From: Caldilineae bacterium
GTDB lineage: Bacteria > Chloroflexota > Anaerolineae > DTLA01
DNA: 39,826 nt
NCBI GenBank assembly: GCA_037446815.1
Contig: JBBIHX010000011.1
Location: 1 to 39,826, forward strand
Reading direction: 5' to 3'
The position numbers were made by a program, and so were the translations under genes. The notes under the pieces are model-generated. The model searched no databases and was not told where the DNA came from. It saw only the letters and a program-made list of their open reading frames with translations. Numbering within the stretch: the stretch's first letter is position 1; each line of letters opens with the position of its first letter. Positions 24,918-34,766 of the stretch are shown piece by piece.

Positions 24918-27314
24918 TCAAGCCTTCAGCGCCTCCATCGTGTGCCGAATCTCTTCCGGCGTAACCGACGCGCGCAACTCCTCCATCTCGCGCATCGTCT
25001 TGGCCCATTTCTGGCCCTCGGCCGCGCTCACCCACTCCAGTTGCAGCCGTTCCGGACGGATGCCGAGTTTCTCCAACTTATCCCACAGGCGATCCACCCG
25101 CCGCACCGTATTGCGGTTGGCGTTGATGTAGTGGCAGTCGGCGTAGTGGCAGCCGGAGACCAGCACCACCGGCGCGCCCTTGCGGAAGGCATACAGCACG
25201 AACTCCTCGTCCACCCGCCCGCTGCACATGGTGCGGATAACGCGCGCGTTGGGCGGATACGTCATGCGGCTTGTGCCGGCGGTGTCGGCGCCCGCGTAGG
25301 AGCACCAGTTGCACGCGAAGGTAACGATCTTGTCCTGGGGGCGATCCTCCAAGATAGCGTCTATCATTGCGTAGATGGCCTGGTCCGAGAAGTGGCGCAT
25401 CTGGATTGCGTTGAACCTGCACTCCGCCGCGCACGTCCCGCACCCCGCGCAGGCCGCCGTTATCACCTTTGCGGGCGTCTTCGCCTTCACATCCACCGTG
25501 ATCGCGCCATATGGGCACACCTTGGCGCACACCCCGCAGAACTTGCACTTGTCGGCATCCACCACCGCCGTGATGGCTTCGCTAGCGATGTTGCGCTTGT
25601 TCAGCAAGACCTGCGCCCGCGCCGCTGCCGCGCTGGCCTGCGTTACGCTGTCCTTGATGTCCTTGGGCGACTCCACGCACCCCGCCAGGTACACCCCCTT
25701 GCTCGGCGTGTCCACCGGCTTCAATTTCGGGTGCGACTCCATCAGAAAGCCGTCGCTCGTCCGCGACAGGGTCAGCAACTGCCGCACCAGTTCCGTGTCG
25801 CCGCTGGGCACCGCGCCGATGGAAAGCACAATCATATCGTGCTCGTGCTCCTCAATGCGGTTGGCCGTGGTGTTCTCCACCACCACACGCAGCGTTCCCG
25901 TGGCGGGGTCGCGGGTTACCTCACCTGGCAGCCCCCGGATGTAGCGCACCCCCGCCGCTTTGCTGCGCTTGTACAGGTCTTCAAACCCCTTGCCGAAGGC
26001 GCGGATGTCCATGTAGTACACCGTCAAATCCACATCCGGATAGTGATCCTTCAGCAGGAGCGTGTCCTTGATGGTGTTCATGCAGCAAATGTTGGAGCAG
26101 TACGGATTGCCCTTCTTGTCCGAGCGCGAGCCGACGCACTGGATGAACGCGATGCGGCGCGGGTGCTTGCCATCGCTCGGCCGAACCAGATCCCCCTCAG
26201 TCGGGCCCCCCGCCGAGATGAGCCGCTCAAACTCCATGCTCGTGATGACGTCCTCGTACCGCGTGTAGCCGTACTCGTCCAGTTCCGTCGGGTCGTAAGG
26301 CTCCATGCCCGTCGCCACGATAATCGCGCCCACATTGATGTCCAGAATCTCGTCGCGCATGTCAAAGTCAATGCACTTCTTCTCGCACTTCTCCACGCAC
26401 TTGCCGCACGCGATGGGCACGTCGCCCAGGCACTCCTGGATGTTGATGACGTATGCCGACGGCACCGCCTGGGGGAAGGGGATGTAGATGGCGCGGCGCG
26501 TGGACAGCCCCGCCTCAAACTCGTTCGGCACAACCACAGGGCAGACCTTGGCGCAATCGCCGCAGGCCGTGCATTCGTCCTCGCGCACGTAGCGCGCCTT
26601 TTTCCGCACCTTGACCCTGAAGTTGCCCACGTAACCCGAAACGTCTTCTATCTCGCTGTAGGCCAGCAATTTGATCTTGGGATGTCGACCGACATCCATC
26701 ATCTTCGGCCCGAGGATTCATATGGAACAGTCCATGGTGGGATAGGTCTTGTCCAACTGCGCCATAATCCCACCGATGGACGGCTTCTTCTCCACGAGAT
26801 AGACCTGATGCCCCGCGTCGGCCAAATCCAGCGCTGCCTGAATCCCCGCCACGCCCCCTCCGATGACCAGCGCCGCGTCGGTAACGGGGATGTGCTCCTC
26901 ATCCTCCGGATACAGCCAGCGCGCCCGCGCCACGGCCGCCTTCACGATGTCCTTCGCCTTGGCCGTCGCTTGTTCCGGCTCGGGGAAGTGCACCCACGAG
27001 CAATGCTCGCGGATGTTCGCCATCTCCAGCAGGTACGGGTTCAGGCCCACCGACTGGATGCAGGCGCGGAAGGTCGGCTCGTGCAACCGAGGCGAGCACG
27101 AGGCTACCACCACGCGGTTCAGGTTGTGCTCCACCACCAGCCGCTTGATCTCCTGCTGGCCCGGATCGGAGCAGGTGTACTTGTTCCGCGCCGCCACCAC
27201 CACATTGCCCAGCGACGCCGCGAACGCCCGCACCTGCTCCGTGTCCACGCTGCCTGCGATATTCGTGCCGCAGTCGCAGACGAACACCCCTATGCGCAAC
27301 TCTTCTCTCGGCAT
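24918..27314 (-). CDS. hdrA: Selenocysteine-containing heterodisulfide reductase subunit A fused to a C-terminal MvhD domain (798 aa; Sec at codon 199)
   Basis: ORFs 26718-27314 and 24918-26702 are in one frame, joined by TGA (26718-26720) in [18 protein letters not shown]. Motifs [35 protein letters not shown], two ferredoxin domains, and Mvh[21 protein letters not shown]. Confidence 0.92.
26680..26697 (-). promoter_or_regulatory. Bacterial SECIS element
   Basis: mRNA GGAUGUC-GGUC-GACAUCC: perfect 7-bp stem starting 21 nt after the UGA, with G/GU in the apical loop. Confidence 0.8.
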
Positions 27315-27403
27315 GTACGGTCTCCTTTGCGTACGAACGACGGACTCCGCGCCCCTGTTATAACTTCAGCAACCGCCGCCCCGAGCATGGGCAGCTGCTG
27401 CGA

Positions 27404-28393
27404 TTATGTCAACCAACGCACCAGCCCGCCCACTAGCAGGCAAAGCGCCGCGAACAACTCCAGCGCAAAGTGCACCTTGAACGTATTGAGCGTCAGTTCG
27501 TTGATGCCATCCCCCTCGTATCCGCGCCGCGCCATTTTGCGGAAGTTGTCCACCGCCGTGGGTAGCGCCAACGCCAACGGGATGAGCGCCGCGTACACCG
27601 GCACCCCCCACAGCCACGCCGTCCCCATGGACGCCAGCGAGATGACCAGGTTCACGCGGTACAACAGCGACGCCCGCTCCGGCCCCAGCACCACCAGCCA
27701 CGTGCGCTTGCCCGACTGGGCATCGGTGCGCCTATCGGCGAACTCGTTGGCGAGAATCACGTTCAGGATGGACAGCGCCAGCGCCACGCTCAGCGGCACC
27801 AGCGCGGGCGAGAAGCGCCCCGCCTGGAGATAGTAGCCAGAAACCACCGTCAACGCGCCCGAGCACGTGGCGATGACCAGTTCCCCCATGCTGTGGTACA
27901 CCAGCATCAGCGGCTTGCCCGTGTAGAACCAGCCTGCCAGCGCCCCGAACAGCCCCAGCGGAATCGTCCACGGGCCGGTGTGCAGCAAGAACCGCAGCGA
28001 CAGGCCCAGCGGCAGCGCCGCCACCAGCAGCCCCACCGCAAAGTACAGCGCCCGCTTCCGATTCGTGATCTTGTTCTCCACCAGCACGCGGATACCGCCC
28101 GAGTAGGCGCTGAACTCCCAGTTATTCAAATCCGTCTCGTAGTCAAAATACGTGTTGCCCGCGTTCACCGCCCCCACGATGAGAAACACCGTTACCGACG
28201 ACACGATGAACACCGGCCAGTTGAACTGGCCCGTCTCAAAGTAGGCCAGCACCGCCCCCAACGCAAACGGCAGCGACGCCGAAAGGAGGATGAATCGCGC
28301 CACCATGATCTCGTAGAACGCGCGAGCGCTGTCCGGCTCAATCCCATCCAGGCGCTGCCTGTAGTATCGGTGAACTTCCTCAAAGGTCGGCAT
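27404..28393 (-). CDS. UbiA-superfamily prenyltransferase, MenA-like
   Basis: NTYFDYETD and NEFADRRTDAQSGKRT aspartate-rich motifs, YSGG, FYTGKP...GE; multiple transmembrane helices; ATG at 28393. Confidence 0.85.
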   Translation of the reverse strand: MPTFEEVHRYYRQRLDGIEPDSARAFYEIMVARFILLSASLPFALGAVLAYFETGQFNWPVFIVSSVTVFLIVGAVNAGNTYFDYETDLNNWEFSAYSGGIRVLVENKITNRKRALYFAVGLLVAALPLGLSLRFLLHTGPWTIPLGLFGALAGWFYTGKPLMLVYHSMGELVIATCSGALTVVSGYYLQAGRFSPALVPLSVALALSILNVILANEFADRRTDAQSGKRTWLVVLGPERASLLYRVNLVISLASMGTAWLWGVPVYAALIPLALALPTAVDNFRKMARRGYEGDGINELTLNTFKVHFALELFAALCLLVGGLVRWLT

Positions 28394-28421
28394 ATCTTCC
28401 TCTCCACCCCCGAACAGCGCG

Positions 28422-29342
28422 CTACGCCACAATGCGGAATAAGCGGAACGCCTCCAGGATGGCCGACGGCGAACCGTTGTACACCGCCTGCACCTCGGCC
28501 ATGACCCCGTACCCGCAATTCTCGCAGATGCGGGGGTCCACCAGCCGTGCACCGCACCCCTCCACGACCATCCCGTTGGGGTGGGCCAGGTGAATCAGCC
28601 AGTGGGTCTTGTTCCACCCCGGCTTCAGCATGAGGCGGAAGGCCGTCTCGGAGTTCAGGATGGGATACCCCTGGCGCTTCAGCGCGACGATGCGCTCCAC
28701 CGCTGCCGCCCGCGCCGCGTAGTCCAGCGTGTGCTCCTCCACGCCCGGATACGGGATTTGGAAGTTGACCGAGATGCCCTTGATGCGCGGCATCGTTTCC
28801 ACGATATTGCGCACATTGGCCTCCAGGTCGTGCGCGTTGATCTTGGACAACGTGATGTTGGCGTACATGTTGGGATTCCGGCTCTCGGCCACGTTCTTCG
28901 CCATCGTGGCGTAACTGCCCTGCCCGCGCACGCGGTCGTGCACCTCCGGCGAGCCGTCCACGCTAATCCACACCAGGTCGCACGGGTTGTCAATCGGAAG
29001 AATCGCGTTCGTTACACACGCAACCTTGTAGAATTGCTTCTTGGCATCCCGCACGAGATCGTTGAAGCGGTAGTCGCCATCGTGCCACAGGGTCGGCTCG
29101 CCGCCCTGCAGGAACAGGATGCGCACGCCGCGCTGGAGAAAGCCCTCCATCATCTGTTCCAACTGCGCCCGCGTCAGGTGCTCGCGGGGGACATCCGAGC
29201 CCACGTAGGGACAATGCGCGCACGCCAGGTTGCAGTAGGACGTGATGTTGATGCCGCCCACCAGCGGGTCGCGCTTGCCCAGCACCCGCGTGCGCACGAA
29301 ATAGCGAGCATAATGGGCCAGTTCCCCGAACTGAACGTTCAC
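28422..29342 (-). CDS. Radical SAM protein with a C-terminal Cys-containing extension
   Basis: CNLACAHC (CxxxCxxC), QGGEP, VTNA, ISVDG...HDRVRG; C-terminal GC...CENCG; RBS GGAGG before GTG 29342. Confidence 0.9.
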   Translation of the reverse strand: MNVQFGELAHYARYFVRTRVLGKRDPLVGGINITSYCNLACAHCPYVGSDVPREHLTRAQLEQMMEGFLQRGVRILFLQGGEPTLWHDGDYRFNDLVRDAKKQFYKVACVTNAILPIDNPCDLVWISVDGSPEVHDRVRGQGSYATMAKNVAESRNPNMYANITLSKINAHDLEANVRNIVETMPRIKGISVNFQIPYPGVEEHTLDYAARAAAVERIVALKRQGYPILNSETAFRLMLKPGWNKTHWLIHLAHPNGMVVEGCGARLVDPRICENCGYGVMAEVQAVYNGSPSAILEAFRLFRIVA

Positions 29343-29409
29343 AGCAAGTCCTCCATGTGTCAAGATGATGTGCAGTCCACGGCGCGCCCCTTTCGGCACG
29401 CCGGCATTG

Positions 29410-30546
29410 CTATTCCACAGCCACGGCGTCTGCCAGCACGCCGGTTAGGTCGCGAACCGCCACGCGCGGCCCGGACGCAGCAGGCCCGCTCATCGCGCAG
29501 GTGAAATGAATCTGGCACTTCGGGCAGGCGGTAACCATAACGTCCGCGCCCACGGCCAGCGCCTCGCCGATGCGCTCCTCCTGAATCGCCCTGGCCACCT
29601 GCCCGCATTGAGTCCAGACGCCGGTGCCGCAGCACATCGCCCGCTCCCGCGCGTGTTCCATCTCGCGCAGGTCGGCCACGGTCTCCAGCAGGGCGCGGGG
29701 GGCGTCGTATTCCCCGCCGTGCCGCCCCAGCCGACACGGGTCGTGATAGGCGACCGGCAGAGCGCCCTTGCGGAAGGCGATTGCCCCATCGGCCGCCGCC
29801 TGGGCCAGCAACTGCGAGATATGAAGCACCTCCACCTTCAGGCCACACGTCGCGGGGTAGTCCATTTTCAGCGTGCGATAGCATTCGGCGCAGGACGTAA
29901 CGATGCGCCGAATTCCGGCTTGCGCGAACAACGCAGCGTTCAGCCTCGCCAGCGCGTGGAACCCTTCCCTATCGCCCGCCCACAGCAGGTCGTGCCCGCA
30001 ACACCGCTCGTCGGCCAGCACGCGAGGCGCGATGCCGATGCGGTTGAGCAGGCGGACGGTGTTCTGCGCAATCGCGACGCCCTCAAACCCCTCCCCTCGG
30101 AACATCACATCGTAGTGCGGCAAGCACCCCACGAAGTACAGCGTGTCGCCATCGTCGGACACATCCAAATCGTCCGTGAGCCAGCCCAGCCGACTCTGGC
30201 GCAGGCTGGGGTTTTGCATCAAGCGCATCCACGCGAAGATGGCGTCGCCGTGGGTACACGCGCCGACGTTGCCCGCGTCCCGCGCCAGCGCCCGCACATC
30301 GCGTGCGAACTCGGAGAAGCGCACATCGCCAGGACACAGCGCGCTGCACCGCAAACACGTAAGGCACTTCCAGATGTCCTCATCGCCGAGCCACGTGCGC
30401 GGGTCATCGTTCACGGCGCGCTCTACCATGCGGCGCGGCGAGAAACCGGCGTCCTTCCGAGCCACCGGACACACCGCTGTGCACTTGCCGCAACTCAAGC
30501 ACAGGTAGGCGCGATTCTCTCGCAGGGCTGCGTTCAGTGCGTCCAT
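29410..30546 (-). CDS. hdrD: HdrD/GlpC-type Fe-S oxidoreductase (4Fe-4S dicluster plus two CCG domains)
   Basis: CLSCGKCTAVCP, CLTCLRCSALCP, YFVGC, ERCCG, TSCAEC, YHDPCRLGR, MCCG, TACPKC; ATG at 30546. Confidence 0.85.
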   Translation of the reverse strand: MDALNAALRENRAYLCLSCGKCTAVCPVARKDAGFSPRRMVERAVNDDPRTWLGDEDIWKCLTCLRCSALCPGDVRFSEFARDVRALARDAGNVGACTHGDAIFAWMRLMQNPSLRQSRLGWLTDDLDVSDDGDTLYFVGCLPHYDVMFRGEGFEGVAIAQNTVRLLNRIGIAPRVLADERCCGHDLLWAGDREGFHALARLNAALFAQAGIRRIVTSCAECYRTLKMDYPATCGLKVEVLHISQLLAQAAADGAIAFRKGALPVAYHDPCRLGRHGGEYDAPRALLETVADLREMEHARERAMCCGTGVWTQCGQVARAIQEERIGEALAVGADVMVTACPKCQIHFTCAMSGPAASGPRVAVRDLTGVLADAVAVE

Positions 30547-30547
30547 G

Positions 30548-30967
30548 TTACGCTCCCCGATTGTCCACAAGGCCACGCGCGAATCGCTCAATCCGCTCGG
30601 CGCAAGCGGCCGCGCTCCCCTCCGGCACCCAGTCCACCGACAGGCGGGGGGCCGCGATTCCCAACAGGCGCAACAGTTCGGCCGCCTGCTCCGCGACGGC
30701 AGTCGCATGTTCCCCGCCCACGCCGAAATGGCAGCGGTCGGGCGAGCACCCTAGGGCCAGAACCCCATCGGCGCCCGCCGCAAACGCCTTGAGAATCAGC
30801 CCCGCATGGAGCCGCGCAAGGCAGGGCAGGCGAATCACCCGCACCTGCGCCGGCACGGGCGACTGGCCCGACGCGGGCCGCGTCCGCCCCAATTCCTCCA
30901 GCCCACGATACCCTTCCCAGTTGCACGCAAATACGACGACGCGCGGCCAGGTGTCCATTTCCGCCAT
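30548..30967 (-). CDS. mvhD: MvhD/FlpD-like [2Fe-2S] protein (divergent)
   Basis: VVVFACNW, IRLPC, ILKAFAAGADGVL..GC....CHF. Confidence 0.82.
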   Translation of the reverse strand: MAEMDTWPRVVVFACNWEGYRGLEELGRTRPASGQSPVPAQVRVIRLPCLARLHAGLILKAFAAGADGVLALGCSPDRCHFGVGGEHATAVAEQAAELLRLLGIAAPRLSVDWVPEGSAAACAERIERFARGLVDNRGA

Positions 30968-30968
30968 C

Positions 30969-33900
30969 TCACTTCCACCCCCGGCACAGCAATTCCAGCG
31001 CCAGCGATACGTCCCGATCCGAGTAGGCGCCCTGCACCATCGCCCCCGACGGACACAGCGCCACACACAGGCCGCACCCCTGACACCGCCCCGCGTCCAC
31101 CACGGCGGCGCGTCGCCCGCCGGAATCGCGCACCTCCACCGCCCCGAACGGGCATGCCTCCGCGCACGTCCCGCATGCCCGACACAGCGCCTCGCGCACG
31201 GTCGCGCCGCTCCCATCCCTGCGAACCACGGTGCGGCCCAACAGCGTGCCGATCTTCGCCGCCGTCGCCTCCAGCGCCCGCTTGGGCGCCGCGGGCTGCA
31301 CCGCATACACGCCCGGAATCCGACGGTCGGACTCGTGGCCCACGAGCACCACAGCGCCACAGGTCGCGGGCATCTCGCCGCGCTCCCCGCTCAGCGTTAC
31401 GCGGAAATTGCCCACCGCGCCCTGTATCTGTCCCAGGCTCATTCCGGGCAGCACCTGCACCCCGGCCAGCGCGTCGGCAGCCTCGCGGTTATCCGCCGGC
31501 GCGGCCCACGACACGACAAGCCCCATGCGCGACAGAAGCCGCGCCAACTCGCCCGCCGCTCTGCCCTCGCCGACCACCAGCGCCGCCGGCATCACCGGAT
31601 ACTCCACGAACGGCATCTCGGCGCCGCCCATCCGCGATCGGGCCACACCCAGCGCGACAAGGCCATCCGCGACGGCGCGGGCCTCGTCCGCATCGGCGTA
31701 CAGCCAGGCGCACTGCTCGCGGATGTTCACGAATTCCAGCCAAACGCCCGCCTCGTTGAGCGGCAACAGTTGCGCCTTGCACCGAAGCCGCTGCGTGGTG
31801 CAGGAGTAGCACACCTGATCCAGCGCGCAGCAGGAGCAGGCCGCCACGACCACGCGATTGAGGCCGTGTTCCTCTACCGCCTGGGCGACGCGCGCCCCCA
31901 CCTCCGGCGCGCAAGCCTGCTCCACCACCTGGGCCCACGCCACATCTTGCAGCGACGCCGCGCGCTGGGCGATGGCCTCCAGCGGCAGGCGCTCGGCGAT
32001 CTGCCCCTGGCACGCGCACAGCCAGACCCCGATCCGCGGACGTGTCGCCGCCGCGCGCCGCTTCCACGTGGCGACGGTCAGGCGGGGCCGCCCCACCGCC
32101 AGCGCCAGCAGTTCCGCGGCGGCAGGCGACGCCCCCGTGCGATCATTCCCCGCAACGCGCCGCACGCCCCTGCCCGAAGGAAGCGGCACGTCGGCCCGAG
32201 CCTCCGCGACGATCACGCCCGACACCACCAGGCCCAGCGACTCCTCCCGCCAGTCGTGCCGAATCGCGCCGGGTTCGCACACGCGCACGCACGCCAGGCA
32301 CTCGGAGCACGGCCCGCACGCGAGGCAGCGGCTTGCCTCGGCCACCGCCTGCTCGGCATCAAACCCGAGTTCAACTTCCTTGAACGTGGACAGCCGCTCG
32401 TCCATGGGGATTGTCGGCACGGGCACCCTGGGTCGCGGCCGCCGCTCCTCTTCCGCGAGATCGCGGTGGGAGACGGGCGCCTCGTCGGGCGCGTCGCCCA
32501 GCGGCACTCCGCGCAGATAGGCGTCTATAGCCGCCGCGGCGCGCTTGGCCGACGCAATGGCGTGAATCACCGAAACGGGCTGCGTGATGGCATCCCCCGC
32601 CGCGAAAACGCCGGGCCTGCTGGTCATGTACGTGCGGCGATCCACGTCAAACGTGCCCTGGGGCGTGATGCGCATCCCGTGCCCCTCGCCCAGAAACCCC
32701 AGGTCGGGCGACTGACCGATAGCCGGCACGACCACGTCCACGTCCATGCGAAACTCGCTGCCCGCCACGGGAATGGGGCGACGGCGGCCCGAGGCGTCCG
32801 GCTCGCCCAGGCGCATCCGCACGCATTCCAAGCCCACAACCCGGCCATCCTGCTCCACCACGCGCACCGGAGCCACCAGGAACTGGAACGGAATCCCCTC
32901 GCGCTCCGCCTCTTCCACTTCCTCCGGAATCGCGGGCATCTCCTCGCGCGAACGGCGGTACAGCACCGTTACCGATTGCACCCCCAGCCGTCGGAGCGAC
33001 CGCGATACATCCATCGCCGTGTTCCCACCGCCGATGACGGCCACGCGGGTCTCGGCGCCGCGCACCAGCACCCGCCGCAACTCCTGCGCCCAGCGCGGGT
33101 CATCCACCTGGTGCGACAGGTTCAGCATCTTGAGCAGCCGCGCGCCATGAACGACGCCCTCCAAGTGCTCGCCGGGGATGCCCAATTCGGTGCTGCGGTG
33201 CGCGCCCACGCCGATGAAGACTGCCTCATACCCCTGCGCGAACAGCGCGTCAAGCCCCCCGTCCTGCATCCGTATAGGCGTGTTCAAGCGGATTTCCACG
33301 CCCAGCGCCTCAACGGCCTCTATCTCCATGCGCAGGATGTCTTTGGGCAAGCGGTACGGCGGAATGCCCACGGCCAACATCCCGCCCGCCACGGGCAGCG
33401 CCTCAAAGACGGTAACCCGATACCCCATGAGCGCCAATTCCGCCGCAACCGTCAGCCCGGCAGGCCCGGAGCCGATGACCGCCACCTTGCGCCCCGCGCC
33501 CACCTGGGGCGTTCGCTCCTTGCGCCCGGCCAGCGACGGACGGCGCGCCGCGCCCAGTTCGTAGTCCGCCACGAACCGCTTCAGCGCGCGGGTGGACACC
33601 GCCTTGTCCACCTCGTTGCGGCGGCAATTCGCCTCGCAGGGGTGATCGCACACGCGCCCGCAGACGGCGGGGAACGGAATCGCCTCCCGTATCAGTTCCA
33701 GCGCCTCGTCAAATCGCCGCTGGGCGATAAGCGCCACGTATCCTTGCACGTGGATGCCCCCCGGACACGTGTCGGAGCAGGGGGGCCTCCCAATGCGCTC
33801 AATGGCGTACACATCCGGAACAGCGTGGGCCGGCCGCCAGATGGCCCGCCGCGTCCCATCCCCCACGGCCACAGGGCAAACCTTCTCGCATTCCCCGCAG

Positions 33901-34181
33901 CCGGTGCACCGTTCAAGGTCCACAAATCGGCTTCGCACGCGGACCAGGGCCTTGTACGCCGCGCCCTCCTTGCTCAGCGCCGCCACCGATGCCGGCGCGA
34001 GAAAGCGGATGTTGGGATGGCGCGACACCTGCAGCAGCCACGCCCGCGCCTCCAGATCACCCTCCGGCACCGCGAACCACGGGCTTGCGCTGACCAGATG
34101 AACCTGCGCGCCCGCCTCGGCCAAATCCCACGCGGCCTGTGCTCCTGCCGGCGTCCCGCCGATAATCAGGAAGCCGTCCAT
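30969..34181 (-). CDS. HdrL-like multidomain flavoprotein: reduced HdrA segments around an intact GltD/NfnB-like NAD(P)H oxidoreductase module
   Basis: CTGCGECEKVCP; PPCSDTCP..CGRVCDHPCEANC; GSGPAG; GGGNTAMD; AAGD; EASRCLAC..CSECLAC; HdrA N-domain GVWLCACQG..NIREQCAW; C-terminal 2x[4Fe-4S]. Confidence 0.85.
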   Translation of the reverse strand: MDGFLIIGGTPAGAQAAWDLAEAGAQVHLVSASPWFAVPEGDLEARAWLLQVSRHPNIRFLAPASVAALSKEGAAYKALVRVRSRFVDLERCTGCGECEKVCPVAVGDGTRRAIWRPAHAVPDVYAIERIGRPPCSDTCPGGIHVQGYVALIAQRRFDEALELIREAIPFPAVCGRVCDHPCEANCRRNEVDKAVSTRALKRFVADYELGAARRPSLAGRKERTPQVGAGRKVAVIGSGPAGLTVAAELALMGYRVTVFEALPVAGGMLAVGIPPYRLPKDILRMEIEAVEALGVEIRLNTPIRMQDGGLDALFAQGYEAVFIGVGAHRSTELGIPGEHLEGVVHGARLLKMLNLSHQVDDPRWAQELRRVLVRGAETRVAVIGGGNTAMDVSRSLRRLGVQSVTVLYRRSREEMPAIPEEVEEAEREGIPFQFLVAPVRVVEQDGRVVGLECVRMRLGEPDASGRRRPIPVAGSEFRMDVDVVVPAIGQSPDLGFLGEGHGMRITPQGTFDVDRRTYMTSRPGVFAAGDAITQPVSVIHAIASAKRAAAAIDAYLRGVPLGDAPDEAPVSHRDLAEEERRPRPRVPVPTIPMDERLSTFKEVELGFDAEQAVAEASRCLACGPCSECLACVRVCEPGAIRHDWREESLGLVVSGVIVAEARADVPLPSGRGVRRVAGNDRTGASPAAAELLALAVGRPRLTVATWKRRAAATRPRIGVWLCACQGQIAERLPLEAIAQRAASLQDVAWAQVVEQACAPEVGARVAQAVEEHGLNRVVVAACSCCALDQVCYSCTTQRLRCKAQLLPLNEAGVWLEFVNIREQCAWLYADADEARAVADGLVALGVARSRMGGAEMPFVEYPVMPAALVVGEGRAAGELARLLSRMGLVVSWAAPADNREAADALAGVQVLPGMSLGQIQGAVGNFRVTLSGERGEMPATCGAVVLVGHESDRRIPGVYAVQPAAPKRALEATAAKIGTLLGRTVVRRDGSGATVREALCRACGTCAEACPFGAVEVRDSGGRRAAVVDAGRCQGCGLCVALCPSGAMVQGAYSDRDVSLALELLCRGWK

Positions 34182-34738
34182 CACGCGCCCTCTCCCACCA
34201 ATCGCCGGCCATAGTCCAGGCCCGCCTGAAACGCCTTCCGGTTGAGTTCCTCCGTGCCCTTCGGCACCGATTCGCTCACGGCGCGGCGCATGGAATCCTC
34301 GGAGACGATGCCCACTACCGCCGTGAGGAACCCCAGCATCACGATGTTGGCGACCATCTTGCGGCCTACCTCGGCCTCGGCGATGCGCGTCGCCGGAATG
34401 GCGTACACCCTCACCCCGTCCGGCAGCGGGCCTAGCACCACCAAGTCCTCGTCCACTAGCAGCAGATTCCCCTCGTGCAGCGAGGGCGCGTATTTGTTAT
34501 ACGCCTCCTGCGACATGATGACGACGATGGACGGGTCAATGAGGTGCGGGTACTGCACGGGCGCGTCGGACAGCACCACCTGCGCGGCGCAGGCCCCCCC
34601 GCGAGACTCCGGGCCGTAACTCTGCGTAAACGTGGCGTATTTCCCGTCGTAGAGGGCCGCCGCCTTGCCCAGGATGTACCCGGCCAGGATGATGCCTTGC
34701 CCCCCGAATCCCGTAAGCCGTATCTCCGTCCGCGACAT
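34181..34738 (-). CDS. korC: 2-oxoacid:ferredoxin oxidoreductase gamma subunit
   Basis: GFGGQGI, QSYGPESRGG, NIVMLG. Confidence 0.9.
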   Translation of the reverse strand: MSRTEIRLTGFGGQGIILAGYILGKAAALYDGKYATFTQSYGPESRGGACAAQVVLSDAPVQYPHLIDPSIVVIMSQEAYNKYAPSLHEGNLLLVDEDLVVLGPLPDGVRVYAIPATRIAEAEVGRKMVANIVMLGFLTAVVGIVSEDSMRRAVSESVPKGTEELNRKAFQAGLDYGRRLVGEGA

Positions 34739-34766
34739 GGCGCCCTCCATCCGTTGGCACTACAGC

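Noticed and set aside
26703..26720. hdrA pseudogene or two separate genes
   Set aside because: The TGA is in frame at a conserved Cys position and is followed by a SECIS-like hairpin.
24918..34181. Evidence for methanogenesis or archaeal origin
   Set aside because: Bacterial FAS-II, sigma70 promoters, a lipoprotein and a bacterial SECIS are present; Hdr/Mvh modules are widespread in anaerobic bacteria.
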